From: Eledone cirrhosa
Taxonomy: Eukaryota
NCBI GenBank assembly: GCA_964016885.1
Contig: OZ024766.1
Span: 13,640,001-13,704,000 of the forward strand
Direction of reading: 5' to 3'
Length of the DNA: 64,000 nucleotides
Positions within the stretch are counted from its first letter, which is position 1; every line of letters starts with the position of its first letter. Under the pieces are notes generated by a model, which saw nothing but the letters and a program-made list of their open reading frames with translations, was not told the DNA's origin and searched no databases. A program made the position numbers and the translations under genes. This document shows, in pieces, positions 1-12,729 of the stretch.

Positions 1-118
1 TACTTGAGAGGGCATGCGGTATCTTTCCTGAAAAGATAAAATGCCGGTATACTTAGCCAGGCACCAGCCGGAAAGGCCAGCTAGTAATATATATATATAA
101 TAAATATATAATATATAT

Positions 119-306
119 ATAATTGTTTCTACTTTTGGCACAAGGCCAGCAATTACACAGTTCATTACTGGTACTTTATTTTATCGACCCACTAAGGATG
201 AAAGGCAAAGTTAACCTTGACGGCATTTGAACTCAGGCCGTAAAGGGACATAACTATGCTGGAAAGCATGGCGTCCGACCCTCTACCGATACTGCCAATT
301 CACCGC

Positions 307-310
<4 letters not shown>
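119..310 (-). mobile_element. tRNA-derived SINE, family A
   Basis: Reverse strand has a B-box-like GAGTTCAAAT followed by CCTTTCATCCTT..GGGTCGATAAAATAAAGTACCAG. Near-identical copies at 24759, 25469 and 49686. Confidence 0.8.
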
Positions 311-339
<29 letters not shown>

Positions 340-342
<3 letters not shown>

Positions 343-465
343 CTCACTCTTCGTGCGGCTGTTACTTAAATATAAGTATGTATACGTACATACATATATG
401 TATACAGGCGTACAGTAGTATGTATATATATATACATACATGCACACATATATATATGTACGTAT
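340..465. repeat. Fragment of the 442-bp hammerhead-bearing repeat
   Basis: ttctcactctt...ttacttaaa...cgtacagtagtatg...catgcacacatatatatatgtacgtat matches about 47467-47593. Confidence 0.75.
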
Positions 466-3400
466 GGCACTCAATGACAATGTCACAGATAAAGACAAAT
501 TCACCTCCTGCTGCAAGACGAGAATACAAGGACCCCTCTTTATTTCAGACACAGATGACCAACAAAATCCCGTCTCCCACACCCCTCCCTGCCCCTCCAA
601 CCCATCCATCCCACCCTCCCAACTTCAGAGTTGGTACCATGAACGTAGGCACATTGAAAGGTCGCTCAAATGAGGTTGTAGAGATGCTTGAACGTAAAGA
701 AGTTGATGTTTGTTGTATTCAAGAGACTAGGTGGAGAGGGGGATCTGCCAGATTCATCGTGGGTAAAAAACGATGCTATAAACTTTTCTGGGTGGGAAAT
801 GACAACGGACAGGGTAGTGTAGGAATTATGTTAGCTGAAAAATGGGTAGATAAGGTAATGACGTAAATATAGTGAATGACAGAATAATTAAATTAAGACT
901 AGTTCTAAATAGAATTACTGTGACAATAATATCTGCTTATGCACCCCAATCTGGTCTACCTGATGTTATAAAGGACAGGTTCTATGAGATGCTAATGCAC
1001 ACTACCTCCCAAATAACCGACAGCGACTACTTAATTATTGCTAGCGATCTAAACAGTCACGTTGGACAACATAGTGATGGCTATGATGGAATTCATGGAG
1101 GCTATGGGGTTGGAAATAGAAATGAGGAGGGTTTCAGAATCCTGGAATTCTGTGATGCAAATAGCCTAACTATATGTAACACAAACTTAAAAAAACGTGA
1201 ATACCACTTGATCACCTATAGATCAGGGGAACACGCCAGCCAGATAGATTATATCCTTACTAGAAGACGGGACAAAATGTCTGTTGTAAACTCTAAATCC
1301 CTCCCCCCCGTGAAGAATGCACCTCCCAACATCGCCTAGTAGTTAGTGACCTCATAGTCAGGAATAGACGTACTTGACGACAGAGGAGGCCTACCTTGAG
1401 GGGAAGAATATGGAAGTTGAAGGACCCCATAGCCAGTGACAAATGTAAAAGCTTATTATTTGTTGCCTTTGACAATAAGGAAGAGCAATTAGAGACGTGC
1501 AATAGAGAGGAACGGTGGCAATCCTTGAAAGTGAACCTGCTGAAAGCAACGGATGAAATCTGTGGCTGGAGCAGACCTATTGGCAGGAGGAGAGTAACTT
1601 GGTGGTGGAACAGTGAGGTGGAAGAGACAATCAAGGGCAAAAAGCAGGCTTGGAAAGAATGGCAGGATGGGGGAAGTAGAGAGCACTATCAAGTGGCCAG
1701 GAGAGAAGCTAGGAGACAAGTGTACCTTGCAAAAAGGGTAGCAGAGGATAGAAAGTTCAAGCATGTTCTGCAAAGTGAGGACCAAAAACGTGAGGTGTTC
1801 AGGATTGCTAGACAATGTGTCAAGGAAAACCGTGATATTGTCGGGGAGAAGTGTGTCCATAATGATAATGGTGTACTTGCGCTCATTGATACTGATAAGC
1901 CTGGAAGTGGCACTACGAGAGACTATTAAATGAGGAGAATAAGTGGGAAAAAGATAGTCTGCCCCAAATCGATCCAATAGAAGGACCAGCGGTGCAAGGT
2001 AAAGGTAGTATAATAAGTAAGGCAATCAAAGATATGAAGGCAGGCAAGGCAACTGGCCCTTCGGAGGTAGTTGCTGAGATGTTGAAGGCATCTGGTATGG
2101 CGGGACACACTATGGTCACCCGTATAGTTAACCAAGTAATACAGAATGGGGTCATACCGAAAGACTGGCGTAGCAGCATCATCATTAACTGCTACAAGGG
2201 TAAAGGGGATGCTCTAGATAGGGGAAACTATAGAGGCATTAAGTTATTTGATCAGGTCATGAAGGTCACAGAAAGAGTAATAGCGCAACTAATCAGAGAG
2301 CGAATTGATCTAGATGAAATGCAGTTTGGGTTTGTGTCAGGTAAAAGTACCACAGACGCTCTTTTCCTTGTACGACAACTACAAGAGAAGTACCTAGCTA
2401 AAAGTAAGCTCCTCTACTTTGCTTTTGTAGACTTGGAGAAAGCTTTTGACAGAGTCCCCCGCTCCATTATCTGGTGGGCTCTTAGAAAACTAGGTGTAGA
2501 TGAATGGCTGGTGAGAGCTATACAAGCTATGTATAATGAAACAGTCAGTAAGGTTAGAATTAACAATGAATATTGTGAAGAATTTAGTGTAAAAGTTGGC
2601 GTTCATCAAGGCTCTGTCCTTAGCCCCCTCTTATTTATTATTGCCCTTCAGGCTATAACAGAGGAGCTCAAGACCCGCTGCCCATGGGAACTCCTATACG
2701 CAGATGATCTAACGCTCATAGTTGAATCAATGGCTGAACTAGAGAAGAAATTCGAAACATGGAAGCATGGCCTAGAATCAAAAGGCCTTAAAGTTAACTT
2801 GTCTAAGACTAAAGTTCTAGTTTGTAGAAAGGAAAATAGGGCACAGGTGCCCTCAAGGAAATGGCCATGCTCAGTGTGTAGGAAAGGAGTAGGCAGAAAT
2901 TCCATTTTATGTCCCAAATGCAAAGTATGGGTACATAAAAGATGTAGTGGGATCACAGGTAAACTATCTAAGAACGTAGACTTTATATGTGGCCAATGCT
3001 CAGGTGCAATAAGTAGCAAGTGTCCAAAGGATACTAGCTCCTTCCATTGCCCAGATGGTTCTATAGAAATAGTAGACACTTTCCGTTACCCGGGTGACGA
3101 ACTCAACAGTGGTGGAGGGTGTTCTGAAAGTACAGTAGCCAGAGTCAGAACGGGATGGAAAAAGTTCAGAGAGCTTATACCGTTGTTGGCCACAAAAGGT
3201 TTCTCTCTAAAAATGAAAAGCAGATTGTATGATGCCTGTATACAAACAGCAATGCTACATGGCAGTGAGGCATGGGCATTACGTGCAGAGGACCTGCGTA
3301 GACTGGAAAGGAACGAAGCATGCATGCTCCGTTGGATGTGTAATAGTAATATACGTGAACGGCAAAGCATATATGAACTAAGTGAGAAATTAGGAATAAG

Positions 3401-4020
3401 AGGGATCAGATGCTGTTTACTTGAGAGAAGACTACATTGGTATGGTCACGTGATGCGCATGAAAGACGACAGTTGTATAAAAAAGTGCAGGGCGATCAAA
3501 ATTGATGGTAGTTACGGAGTAGGTAGACCCAGAAAAACCTGGGATGATCTGATAAATTCCGACCTTACATACTTACATCTCTCTAAGACAATGTCTCTGG
3601 ACCGAGATCTTTGGTGCTATGCAGTAATACAGAAGACCCGCCTTGCCTATGTACAAAGCGAAACCTACAGTCAGTAGGCACCTCTTAACCAAATATACAC
3701 CCCAATCTACTACCCCTACTCTATCCTCCCACTCCCACCAACAGTATGAGAAAATGAAATCGAGTTCGTGTAGGTGTCACGGGAAAGAAAAAAAAACACA
3801 CAGTCCACGCTGTAATGTGGTCGTGTAGGTAACACGGTAAAAAGTTCCCAGTTCCACACTGTAAATGTGGTTGGTGTTAGGAAGGGCATCCAGCCGTAGA
3901 AAACCTGCCAGATAGTTCTATATGAGTGAGACACGGTCACCCGACCAGCCTTGCCTCAACTCCCGTCTAACCCATGCTAGCGTGGGAAATGGACGTTAAA
4001 CGAAGATGATGATGATGATG
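466..4020 (+). mobile_element. RTE-clade LINE (APE endonuclease + RT with PHD-type finger), disrupted by stops and frameshifts
   Basis: ORFs 378-866, 872-1339, 1396-1929 and 1992-3677 give GTMNVGTL, CIQETRW, SQIDYIL, FVDLEKAFD, GVHQGSVLSP, YADD and GRPRKTW. 3' UTR ends in (GAT)n at about 4003-4020. Confidence 0.95.
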
Positions 4021-4041
4021 ATATATATAGGAAAATGTATG

Positions 4042-4137
4042 ACCCCGACAGTAGAGCTCAAGCCGTTTCGACGGCTATTTCTGGACTAAATTAGAATTTT
4101 TAGCCTGGTAAATAAATAGCCGAACTTTTCAAGGGGT
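4042..4137 (-). ncRNA. Degenerate type I hammerhead ribozyme
   Basis: Minus strand: acccc TTGAAAA g..cggctattt..aaatagccg.c GAAA cgg..ctg TC ggggt. All three stems pair, but the CUGANGA box has two substitutions. Confidence 0.45.
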
Positions 4138-4894
4138 ACTTCCTTATATGGGAAGATTGTAGCTGTCAAGAGGATTGGTCAAAAATTCCTGGTAAACACA
4201 ATTAAGTCTATCATGGCAGTGGGTGGGAGGTGGGGATGGCTGAACTTGCCTGTAGAGCAATGAGGGAGTGGTGGAGCCGGTCAAGCGTTGAAAGTGAAAT
4301 CTAAACAGCAAATTCTAAGGATTGTGTATGAAAGTAGGCCAACTTTCATACTTTCCACCATGGCGATTGGACTGCATACCCTGCTTTCCAGGTTACTCTT
4401 TGCCACTGATATATATATATTTATATATTGAGTACTCTGGTGCATTATGGTCCTTCTGGTTCCTTACCACACCTCCTTTGTTATATATATATAACGGCGG
4501 CAAAGATTGGAAACCGAATCTGAGCTTTCCCGCCTCTGGGACAAGCCGTGGTAAGTTGTTTACGCTCAAGAGACTAACCCCTTGGGAGAGGCTAAACACA
4601 GGTCAGAGGTGTTTACGCCTGACAGAAAAGGTCAGAGAATATATCCATCTTTCTGAGTTGTTTACGCTTGGCAAACTAATCCCTTGGGAGACTCTAACCA
4701 AAGTTCAGAGGATATATCTATCCTTCTAACTTCAACTCTTATAAATACAGGGGTTGTTTACGCCCCGACAGAAAAGAAGTGATATACAGACAACACAAGT
4801 GGCCTTTACAAGCTCTCGTCACGAAATACACCAGTCCGTCACTAATTTCCTCTCCTGCCTGGCTGATCGATACAACCACATATTCCGTTACAAC

Positions 4895-4905
4895 TGGTGA
4901 CCCCG
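4895..4905 (+). promoter_or_regulatory. Primer binding site, tRNA-Trp type
   Basis: TGGTGACCCCG lies 2 nt after the LTR-terminal CA and matches the start of the known tRNA-Trp PBS TGGTGACCCCGACGTGAT. Confidence 0.75.
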
Positions 4906-5371
4906 TAAAACAGACACACAACTTCTGATCATCCACTACAAACGATGTCTCTAGCACACGACGATTCATCTACGGCAGAAATGGCAGTGAGGGCGGCATT
5001 TACATTAAGAATTCCACCATTCTGGGTGCACGATCTAACACTGTGGTTCGCGCACATCCAAGCGCAGTTCGCATAATAACACACGACCCACCTGTCGCTG
5101 CACGACCTAGAAGGCTACCACCAGACCGGCTGAAGTCCGTCAAACAAGAATTTCAGCACATGCTGGATCTCGGCATCATACGTCCGTCCAGCAGCAACTG
5201 ATCCTCACCCATACACTGTGTACCCAAGAAGTCGTCGAACGACTGGCGAATCTGTGGCGACTACCGTGCACTGAACAACTGCACCGTTCCTAACTCTTAT
5301 CCAGTGCCTCATCTACAGGACTTCTCTCTAGCTCGCTGCACGGGGCTCGCATATTTTCGAAGATCGATCTT

Positions 5372-7717
5372 GTGCGAGCTTACAATCAGATACCCGTTGA
5401 GCCCGCAGATATTCCAAAGACCGCTGTCACAACACCCTTTGGAATGTTCGAATTTCTGCGTATGCCTTTCGGTTTGCGAAATGCAGCGCAGACATTCCAG
5501 CGATTCATCGATACAGTCACCAGGGGTCTACCTTTTGTATACGCATACATTGACGACTTACTGGTGGCCAGCAGCTCCGATGAAGCACATGAGAAACACC
5601 TGGATCTCCTATTCACACGTTTGCGTGAATATGGAATTGTTATCAACCCCAGCAAATGTGAGTTCGGAGTTGCGTCCCTTCATTTTCTGGGACACATCAT
5701 TGACAAAGATGGTATTCGCCCACTTAAGGAGAAATTCAAATCCATCATTGATTTTCCACAACCTATATCTCTCCGCAAACTGCGAGAATTTCTTGGCCTG
5801 GTAAACTTCTACAGAAGATGTATACCCCACTGTGCAGAGACAGCCCAACCACTCACAGATTTGCTGCGGCAGCGTACAACCAAAAACGCAAACATCAAGC
5901 TCAGCGAAAAAGAATATACCGCTTTCGCTGAGTTGAAGAAAATGTTGTCCGAGGCTACAATGCTGAGTTACCCCAAACCTGACGCCCCAATGTGTTTATT
6001 GACTGATGCATCCGATTTCGGAGTTGGAGGTGTGCTTCAACAACTCTCTGGCGATATTTGGCGACCTGTATCTTTTTTCTCTAAGCGATTAAAACCCGCC
6101 GAAACTAAGTACAGCACATTCAGTCGTGAATTATTGGCAGCATACCTTGCTGTCAAGCATTTTCGACACATGCTAAAAGGTCGTGTGTTCTCTATATACA
6201 CCGACACAAACCACTAGTGTACGCGTTCAATGCCAAGCCTGACCGACACTCACCCAGGGAGGTCCGACATCTGGACTTCATTTCTCAGTACACTACTGAT
6301 ATTCGGTACATTAAGGGTGCCACCAACTCAGCAGCTGATGCCCTATCGCGCATGGAGCTTAACGCAATCCACACCACAGCCACTATCGACCTCCAGAAGA
6401 TTGCAGCGGATCAACAGAATGACGAGGAACTGCTGCAACTCCGGAAATCATCCTTGAAATTGAAGGAATGCCCGCTGCCCTCTTCTTCGGGTTATATTTG
6501 GTGTGACACCTCCACAGGCCACGAGCGCCCATACGTGCCCCGGAAACATCGACGCAACGTTTTCTCGACACTGCATTCTCTGGCACATCCTGGCGTCTGC
6601 GCCACGCAGAAACTGATGGTTGCCCGCTTTGTGTGGCCCAACATCAACAAGGACACCCGCGAATGGGCTAGGAACTGCATCGCGTGCCAGAAGGCGAAAA
6701 TTCACCGGCACATCAAAGCCCCGATCGCTTCTTTCGCAACACCTGATGCACGGTTCCAACATGTGCATATAGACATAGTTGGACCTTTTCCCCCTTCTCA
6801 AAACTACACTCATCTTCTCACCTGTGTCGACCGATTTTCTCGCTGGCCAGAAGCTTTTCCCCTGACGGATATTACTGCGGAAACTGTCGCCAAAACGCTA
6901 GTGTTTCACTGGGTTTCGCGTTTCGGCACACCCGCGACCATCGCTACGGATAGAGGACGTCAGTTCGATTCGAACCTATTTACCGAGCTGACTCGTCTCC
7001 TCGGGTGCAAACACATCCATACAACAGCGTATCACCCTGCCGCTAACGGCATGGTAGAACGCTTACACCGCCAGCTAAAATCATCTATCAAGGCTTACGA
7101 AGACTCCACTAACTGGTTCGAATACCTCCCACTCATTCTTCTTGGTATTCGTTCCACTGTTAAAGAGGGAGTTGGATATTCTCCGGCTGAAATGGTGTAT
7201 GGCACCGTACTCACTCTACCCGGACAAATGTTGTTCACTCCTGTTTCGCCACAAGAACTTCCAGACCCTACAAAATATGTGCACCGTTTACGGTCATCAA
7301 TGTCGCATCTGTCTCCTTCAGCCCCTAAACAACAGCACGTTACTTCACACATACCAAAAGACATCGATACATGGACGCATGTTTTCGTTAGAAATGACGG
7401 TATTCCATCGCAACTTCGTCCACCGTATTCCGTCCGGGCCCTACAAGGTGATACAGAAATGCCCTAAGTATTTCGTCTTCGACTTGAACGGGAAGCGAAA
7501 TACCGTCTCCATTGATCGTTTAAAAAAAGCGTTCATAGAACAGGAATTGCCACCAGTACCCACCGTTTCTCTAGACTCACCAACAACTTTGCCCGACACA
7601 AACACGGCAAATATTGTACACCAAATCCGGAAGAACAGTCCGATGGCCCACGCCATGGGATACGTACAAGTTTATCGGGTAAGTACAAATTATGCATCTG
7701 GTCGACATTTCGGCTAA
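5372..7717 (+). pseudogene. Gypsy pol (RT-RNase H-integrase), broken by frameshifts
   Basis: ORFs 5372-6217, 6217-7467 and the C-terminal part of 7142-7717 (GPYKVI...TVSIDRLK). Confidence 0.9.
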
Positions 7718-8863
7718 TTTGTACATTTCAACGAATCGGCCAATTTCTGTGGTCATGAACTACTGCTACACACAAATCAATTAACTCTGTGCATCACCCA
7801 CATCAAAAGAACAGACAAAAGAACATTTTTCCGTTTCTATGAAATGAACGAACTTTTAATCAACAAACTTTTCGTACGAACATTTTCAATATTATGTAAC
7901 ATCTCAGTACATTTTCCTGAATGTAAATTTCTTTTGCTTTGCATGTTTTCTTTCATGTCTCCTGTTTGTAAATGACTTTCATGTGTTTTTTTATTTTTAC
8001 TGATTTTCTTCAACCAACACACCTAGTCATACCTATCTTCATTTCACATGCACCTAGATCGTTCAATCTTAACTTGTTTACGCTCAAGAGACTAACCCCT
8101 TGGGAGAGGCTAAACGCAGGTCAGAGGTGTTTATGCCTGACAGAAAATAGGTCAGAGGATATATCCATCTTTATGACTTGTTTACGCTTGGCAAACTAAT
8201 CCCTTGGGAGACTAACCAAAGTTTAGAGGATATATCTATCCTTCTAAATTCTACTCTTATAAAGACAGGGATTGTTTACGCCAAAAACAGAAAAGAAGTG
8301 GGATACAGACAAGACAAGACGTTTTACAAGCTCTCGTCACGAAAGAACAGTCTACCACTTATTCTCACCTTCCTGGCTGATCGCTGACTCCTGCAATACA
8401 AATAAGTAAATATACTGATACGCCGCACACACGCATTCATAGCGAGTCCAGCATTTGTACACGTATCATTCATTTCTGTTTACACATATTATAATCGTAT
8501 TCTGTGATATTTGAATTTACGTGGCTCGAAGAGCCACCAAATTATTGTATGAATATTTTGTGTCAATTATTTTATCATTCAATATTCAAATTGAATATTG
8601 TTGTAATAAAATAAACTTTGTAACAACACTCCTGGTATTTTTCTTTACACCGAAACCACCATACCACCAGTTACATCCATCCATCCACTTGTCGTTACAA
8701 CCACACATAATATTCCGTTACACCTCCGTCTATATTTCAACCACTGGAACAACCTCACACAAGAAACAGTTGTCGCACCCTCAGTCAACATTTTAATGTC
8801 AAACATCGAAATAAATGTTATGAGTGTATATAGATAAATGTATATTGTGTGTGTATATATATA

Positions 8864-9130
8864 CAGTAATCCCCCGCTATATCGCGGTTCACTTTTCGCG
8901 GTCCCGTTACATCGCGGATATTTCTTTGGAACGTATCTAATTTCCTATCGCGGTAATCCTCGCCACATCGCGGATTATTCGTTAGAACATATCTATTTTC
9001 TTATCGCGGTACGTCTGAGTAAAAAGTGTTTAAAATTTAAACTTATTAAATAAGTTTCGATGTTATTAAAGTGTATATCGTAAGGAAGGGAGGTCTTAAG
9101 GCTTTAATTATGAACAAATGTTTATATTTT
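8864..9130. mobile_element. Tc1/mariner (pogo/Tigger-like) non-autonomous fragment
   Basis: TA|CAGTAATCCCCCGCTATATCGCGG terminus with repeated ATCGCGG motifs. The second terminus was not found. Confidence 0.5.
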
Positions 9131-9225
9131 TCATTCCATTATTGTTTTACTGATTGTGTTTTGCTCTAATCTACTACAAACCCTTCATAGATTGGTCTCT
9201 CTGTAACATGGTTGTTTCTGGAACG

Positions 9226-9415
9226 TATCATGGCTTAGTGGTTAAACCATTGGGCTTGCAATCTAAAGGCTGTGAGTTCGATTCTCGGACAGGGTGTTGT
9301 GTTGTGTCCTTGAGCAAGACACTTTATTTCACGTTACTCCAGTTTACTCAGCTGTAGAAATGAGTTGTGATGTCACTGGTGCCAAACTATATCAGTTATA
9401 ACCTTTCTCTTGGAC
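9226..9415 (+). mobile_element. tRNA-derived SINE, family B head
   Basis: A box TGGCTTAGTGG, B box GAGTTCGATTC, then CCTTGAGCAAGACACTT. Same head as 60250, 46312 and 46702. Confidence 0.8.
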
Positions 9416-9488
9416 ATATATATAGTGTATATATACTGTATAATATATATAGTGTATATATACTGTACAAAGTGTATATATATGTATA

Positions 9489-11100
9489 TCATCATCACTG
9501 TTTTACATCCCTTCTTCCATGGTAGTATGGGTTAGACAGGTTGTCCTGTTGTGGGCAGTGCCAGGTAGGGTGACCTTGTCTTGCTCAGATGGGAACCGAT
9601 TTTGGCTTGATTTCTACAGCTGGATGCCCTTCCTAACACCAACTTCACAGTGAGTGATGGGTGCTTTTTTGTTGTGACACCTCCACGGCCACTTTACAGT
9701 GGGAGGGGGTGGGGCATATTGTCTATGTGCTTCAGCTTGTACCCAGGGGCTACAACACAACCTCCTCTGCTACACACAGCATTTGATTCCTCTTATGTTC
9801 AGTCTCTCTCTCAATTTGTTAATGCTTTACCGTTCGCGTATATTACTATTACACGTCCATCGGAGCATGCAAGCTTCGTTTCTTTCTAATCTACGCAAGT
9901 CTTCTACAGACAGTGCCCAGGTCTCACTACCATGTAGCATTGCTGTTCGTATGCACGCATCATACTGTCTGCCTTTCATTTTGAGGGAAAAGCCTTTCGC
10001 AGCTAGCAGTGGCAGTAGCTCCCTAAACTTCAATCCTGTTACTGTACTTTCAGAACACCCACCTCCGCTGCTCATTTCGCCACCTAGGTAGCAAAAGCTG
10101 TCTACTGTTTCTACAGATCTCTCCCAGAGTTTGGTGGTGCTTGTTTCTTTAGTTCTGCCATAGATTCAGCTATAAGTGCAAGATCATCCATATATAGGAG
10201 TTCCTATGGGCATCAGGTCTTAAACTCCTCTGTTATAGCCTGCAATACTATTATAAACAGAAGAAGGCTAAGAACAGAACCCTGGTGGACACCGACCAGT
10301 ATGCTATATTCCTCGCTATAGTAATTATTAACTCTAACTTTGCTGTCTGCTCCCCTATACATGGCTTGTACAGCTTTCACAAGCCACTAATCTACTCTTA
10401 GTTTTCTAAGAGCCCACCAGATTATAGCACGGAGCACTCTGTTGAAGAACTTTTCCTTATCGACAAGAGCCAGGTAGAGCGGCTTGCTTTTAGCTAGGTA
10501 CTTTACCTGTAACTGCCTCACAAGGAAGAGAGCATCAGTGGTGCTTTTTCCTGGCACAAGCCCAAACTGCATCTCACCTAGTTTTACCCACTCCCTGATC
10601 AACTGTGCTATGACTCTTTCGATTACTTTCATGACCTGGTCCATCAGCTTCATACCTCTATAGTTTATTCTATCTAGTGCATCTACTTTACCCTTGTAGC
10701 AGTTGACGATGATGCTGCTGCACCAATCCTTTGGTATGACACCCTCTAGTATTACCTGGTTAACAATATGTGTGGTTATTACTTTATCTACCCATTTGTC
10801 AGCTAATAGTATACCTACACCACCCATCCCATTGTCATTTCCCACCCAGAAAAATTTATAGCACTAACTTTTGCCTACAAGGACTCTAGCGAACTATCCT
10901 CTCCACCTAGTCTCTTGCACACAGCATACGTCAATATCCTTTCACTCTAGCATGTCTATAATTTCTCCTTCCCTTCCTTTCATTGTGCTTATGTTGATGC
11001 TGCCGACTCAGAGTTTTGAACATTTGTGGGAAAAGGTGAATTTTTGCAGGGGAGTGTGTATGCTTCCTGTCTCTGAATTAAAGCTTTGCATGGGTGCTTG
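9489..11100 (-). mobile_element. Degraded RTE LINE with internal deletions
   Basis: ORFs 9827-10075 and 10387-10845 resemble the RTE ORF. The endonuclease N-terminus is fused directly to the RT (KWVDKVITTHIVNQV). 3' UTR at about 9490-9730. Confidence 0.88.
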
Positions 11101-11196
11101 GTAACTCGCAGATTCATATTCATTTATTTATTCGGGGTTGTTCCATTTATCCTTCGCTCCTCCATACATAACGGTGAACAAGAATTCTTTGGTGCA

Positions 11197-11935
11197 GGGC
11201 TAGAAGGACAGTAGTAATAATGGCAGAATTCGTTGGGGCTGGTAAGGGCTAGAAGGACAGTAGTAGTAATGGCAGAGTTTGTTGGGGCTGGTAACGGCTA
11301 GAAGGACAGTAGTAGTAATGGCAGTGTTTGTTGGGGCTGGTAAGGAGTAGAAGGAAAGTAGTAGTAATGACAGATTTTGTTGGGGCTGGTAAGGGCTAGA
11401 AGGACAGTAGTAGTAATGGCAGTGTTTGTTGGGGCTGGTAAGGGCTAGAAGGACAGTAGTAGTACTGACAGAGTTTGTTGGGGCTGGTAAGGGCTAGAAG
11501 GACAGTAGTAGTAATGGCAGAGTTTGTTGGGGCTGGTAAGGGTTAGAAGGACAGTAGTAGTAATGACAGAGTTTGTTGGGGCTGGTAACAGCTAGAAGCA
11601 CAGTAGTAGTAATGGCAGAGTTTGTTGGGGGCTGGTAACGGCTAGAAGGACAGTAGTAGTAATGGCAGTGTTTGTTGGGGCTGGTAACGGCTAGAAGGAC
11701 AGTAGTAGTAATGGCAGAGTTTGTTGGGGCTGGTAAGGGCTAGAAGGACAGTAGTAGTAATGGCAGTGTTTGTTGGGGACTGGTAACGGCTAGAAGGACA
11801 GTAGTAGTAATGGCAGAGTTTGTTGGGGCTGGTAACGGCTAGAAGGACAGTAGTAGTAATGGCAGAGTTTGTTGGGGCTGGTAACGGCTAGAAGGACAGT
11901 AGTAGTAATGGCAGAGTTTGTTGGGGTTGGTAATG
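11197..11935. repeat. 49-bp minisatellite, about 15 copies
   Basis: Unit ggctagaaggacagtagtagtaatggcagagtttgttggggctggtaac. Confidence 0.95.
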
Positions 11936-12344
11936 GGTAAGGACATGTTGCTGTGGTTTGATTGGTCAAATAGCCAATGGTGGTGAGTGGGAAATTGTGA
12001 GATAGGTAGCCATCATGACATATATCATCACAGGAGATTCGGGGGAAATAAGCAGATATAAGTAGGCCTATTAGAAAAGGCAGATATGCAAGAATTTCGA
12101 AGATTGTCACCTAGCTTTGAGAGAAAGGAGAGGTAATTGCAGGGGTTAGGGATGAATTTGTAGAGAAAGACACAATGTCCAACATGGTTTATATCAAAAA
12201 CAAGGTCGAAGTATATACATTGTGGAAACAAGTCAATGATAATAATAATAATAATGTAAACAGAACATTTTGAAATTGGGGAAGAGAGATAGCTGTAGAA
12301 TAGAAATAATCTATGGAAGTCTGGGATATAAGTTATATATATAT

Positions 12345-12690
12345 GTTGTGATGTCACTGGTGCCAAGCTGTATCAGCCATTGCCTTTCCCTTGGACAACA
12401 TATATAGCGTATTATATATATTGTACACTGTGTATATATAATATATATATTGTGTATATATACTGTAGACAGTGTATATATGATATATATATAGTATATA
12501 TATATGTAGTGATGTAACTGGTACCAAGCTGTATCAGCTATTACCTTTCCCTTGGACAACATCGGTGGCGTGGAGAGGGTAGACTGGTATACTTGGGTGA
12601 CTGCTGGTCTTCCTCAAACAACTGGACTTGTGCCTCAGAGGGGAACTTTCTAGTTGCAAATCACATGGTCATTCTTGACCGACAGAGGTC
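12345..12690 (+). mobile_element. SINE body fragments (family B, third body type), partly duplicated
   Basis: tgtgatgtcactggtgccaagctgtatcagc...cccttggacaacat appears at about 12347 and 12509 and matches 9365-9417. Confidence 0.6.
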
Positions 12691-12729
12691 TTCGATATGT
12701 TAGGTGTGTATATATAGATGTGTATTGAT

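Larger units (their letters stand above)
4490..8722 (+). mobile_element. Ty3/Gypsy LTR retrotransposon, internally deleted and frameshifted
   Basis: 5' LTR about 4490-4892 (TATAACGG...CCGTTACA inverted ends). gag start at about 4982 (IPPFW..LWFAHIQAQF). RT (MPFGL, YIDD), RNase H (TDAS, RELLA) and integrase (HH-CC, HIDIVGP, TDRG, NGMVER). 3' LTR-like segment 8073-8722 ends in TATTCCGTTACA. Confidence 0.93.

Noticed and set aside
50-85. Possible Helitron 3' end (..ggccagCTAG|T) at the window start
   Set aside because: The hairpin is weak and the rest of the element would lie outside the window.
11790-12110. Cys/Thr-rich minus-strand ORF running into the 49-bp array
   Set aside because: The 49-bp unit breaks the frame, and I found no recognisable domain or clear splice sites.
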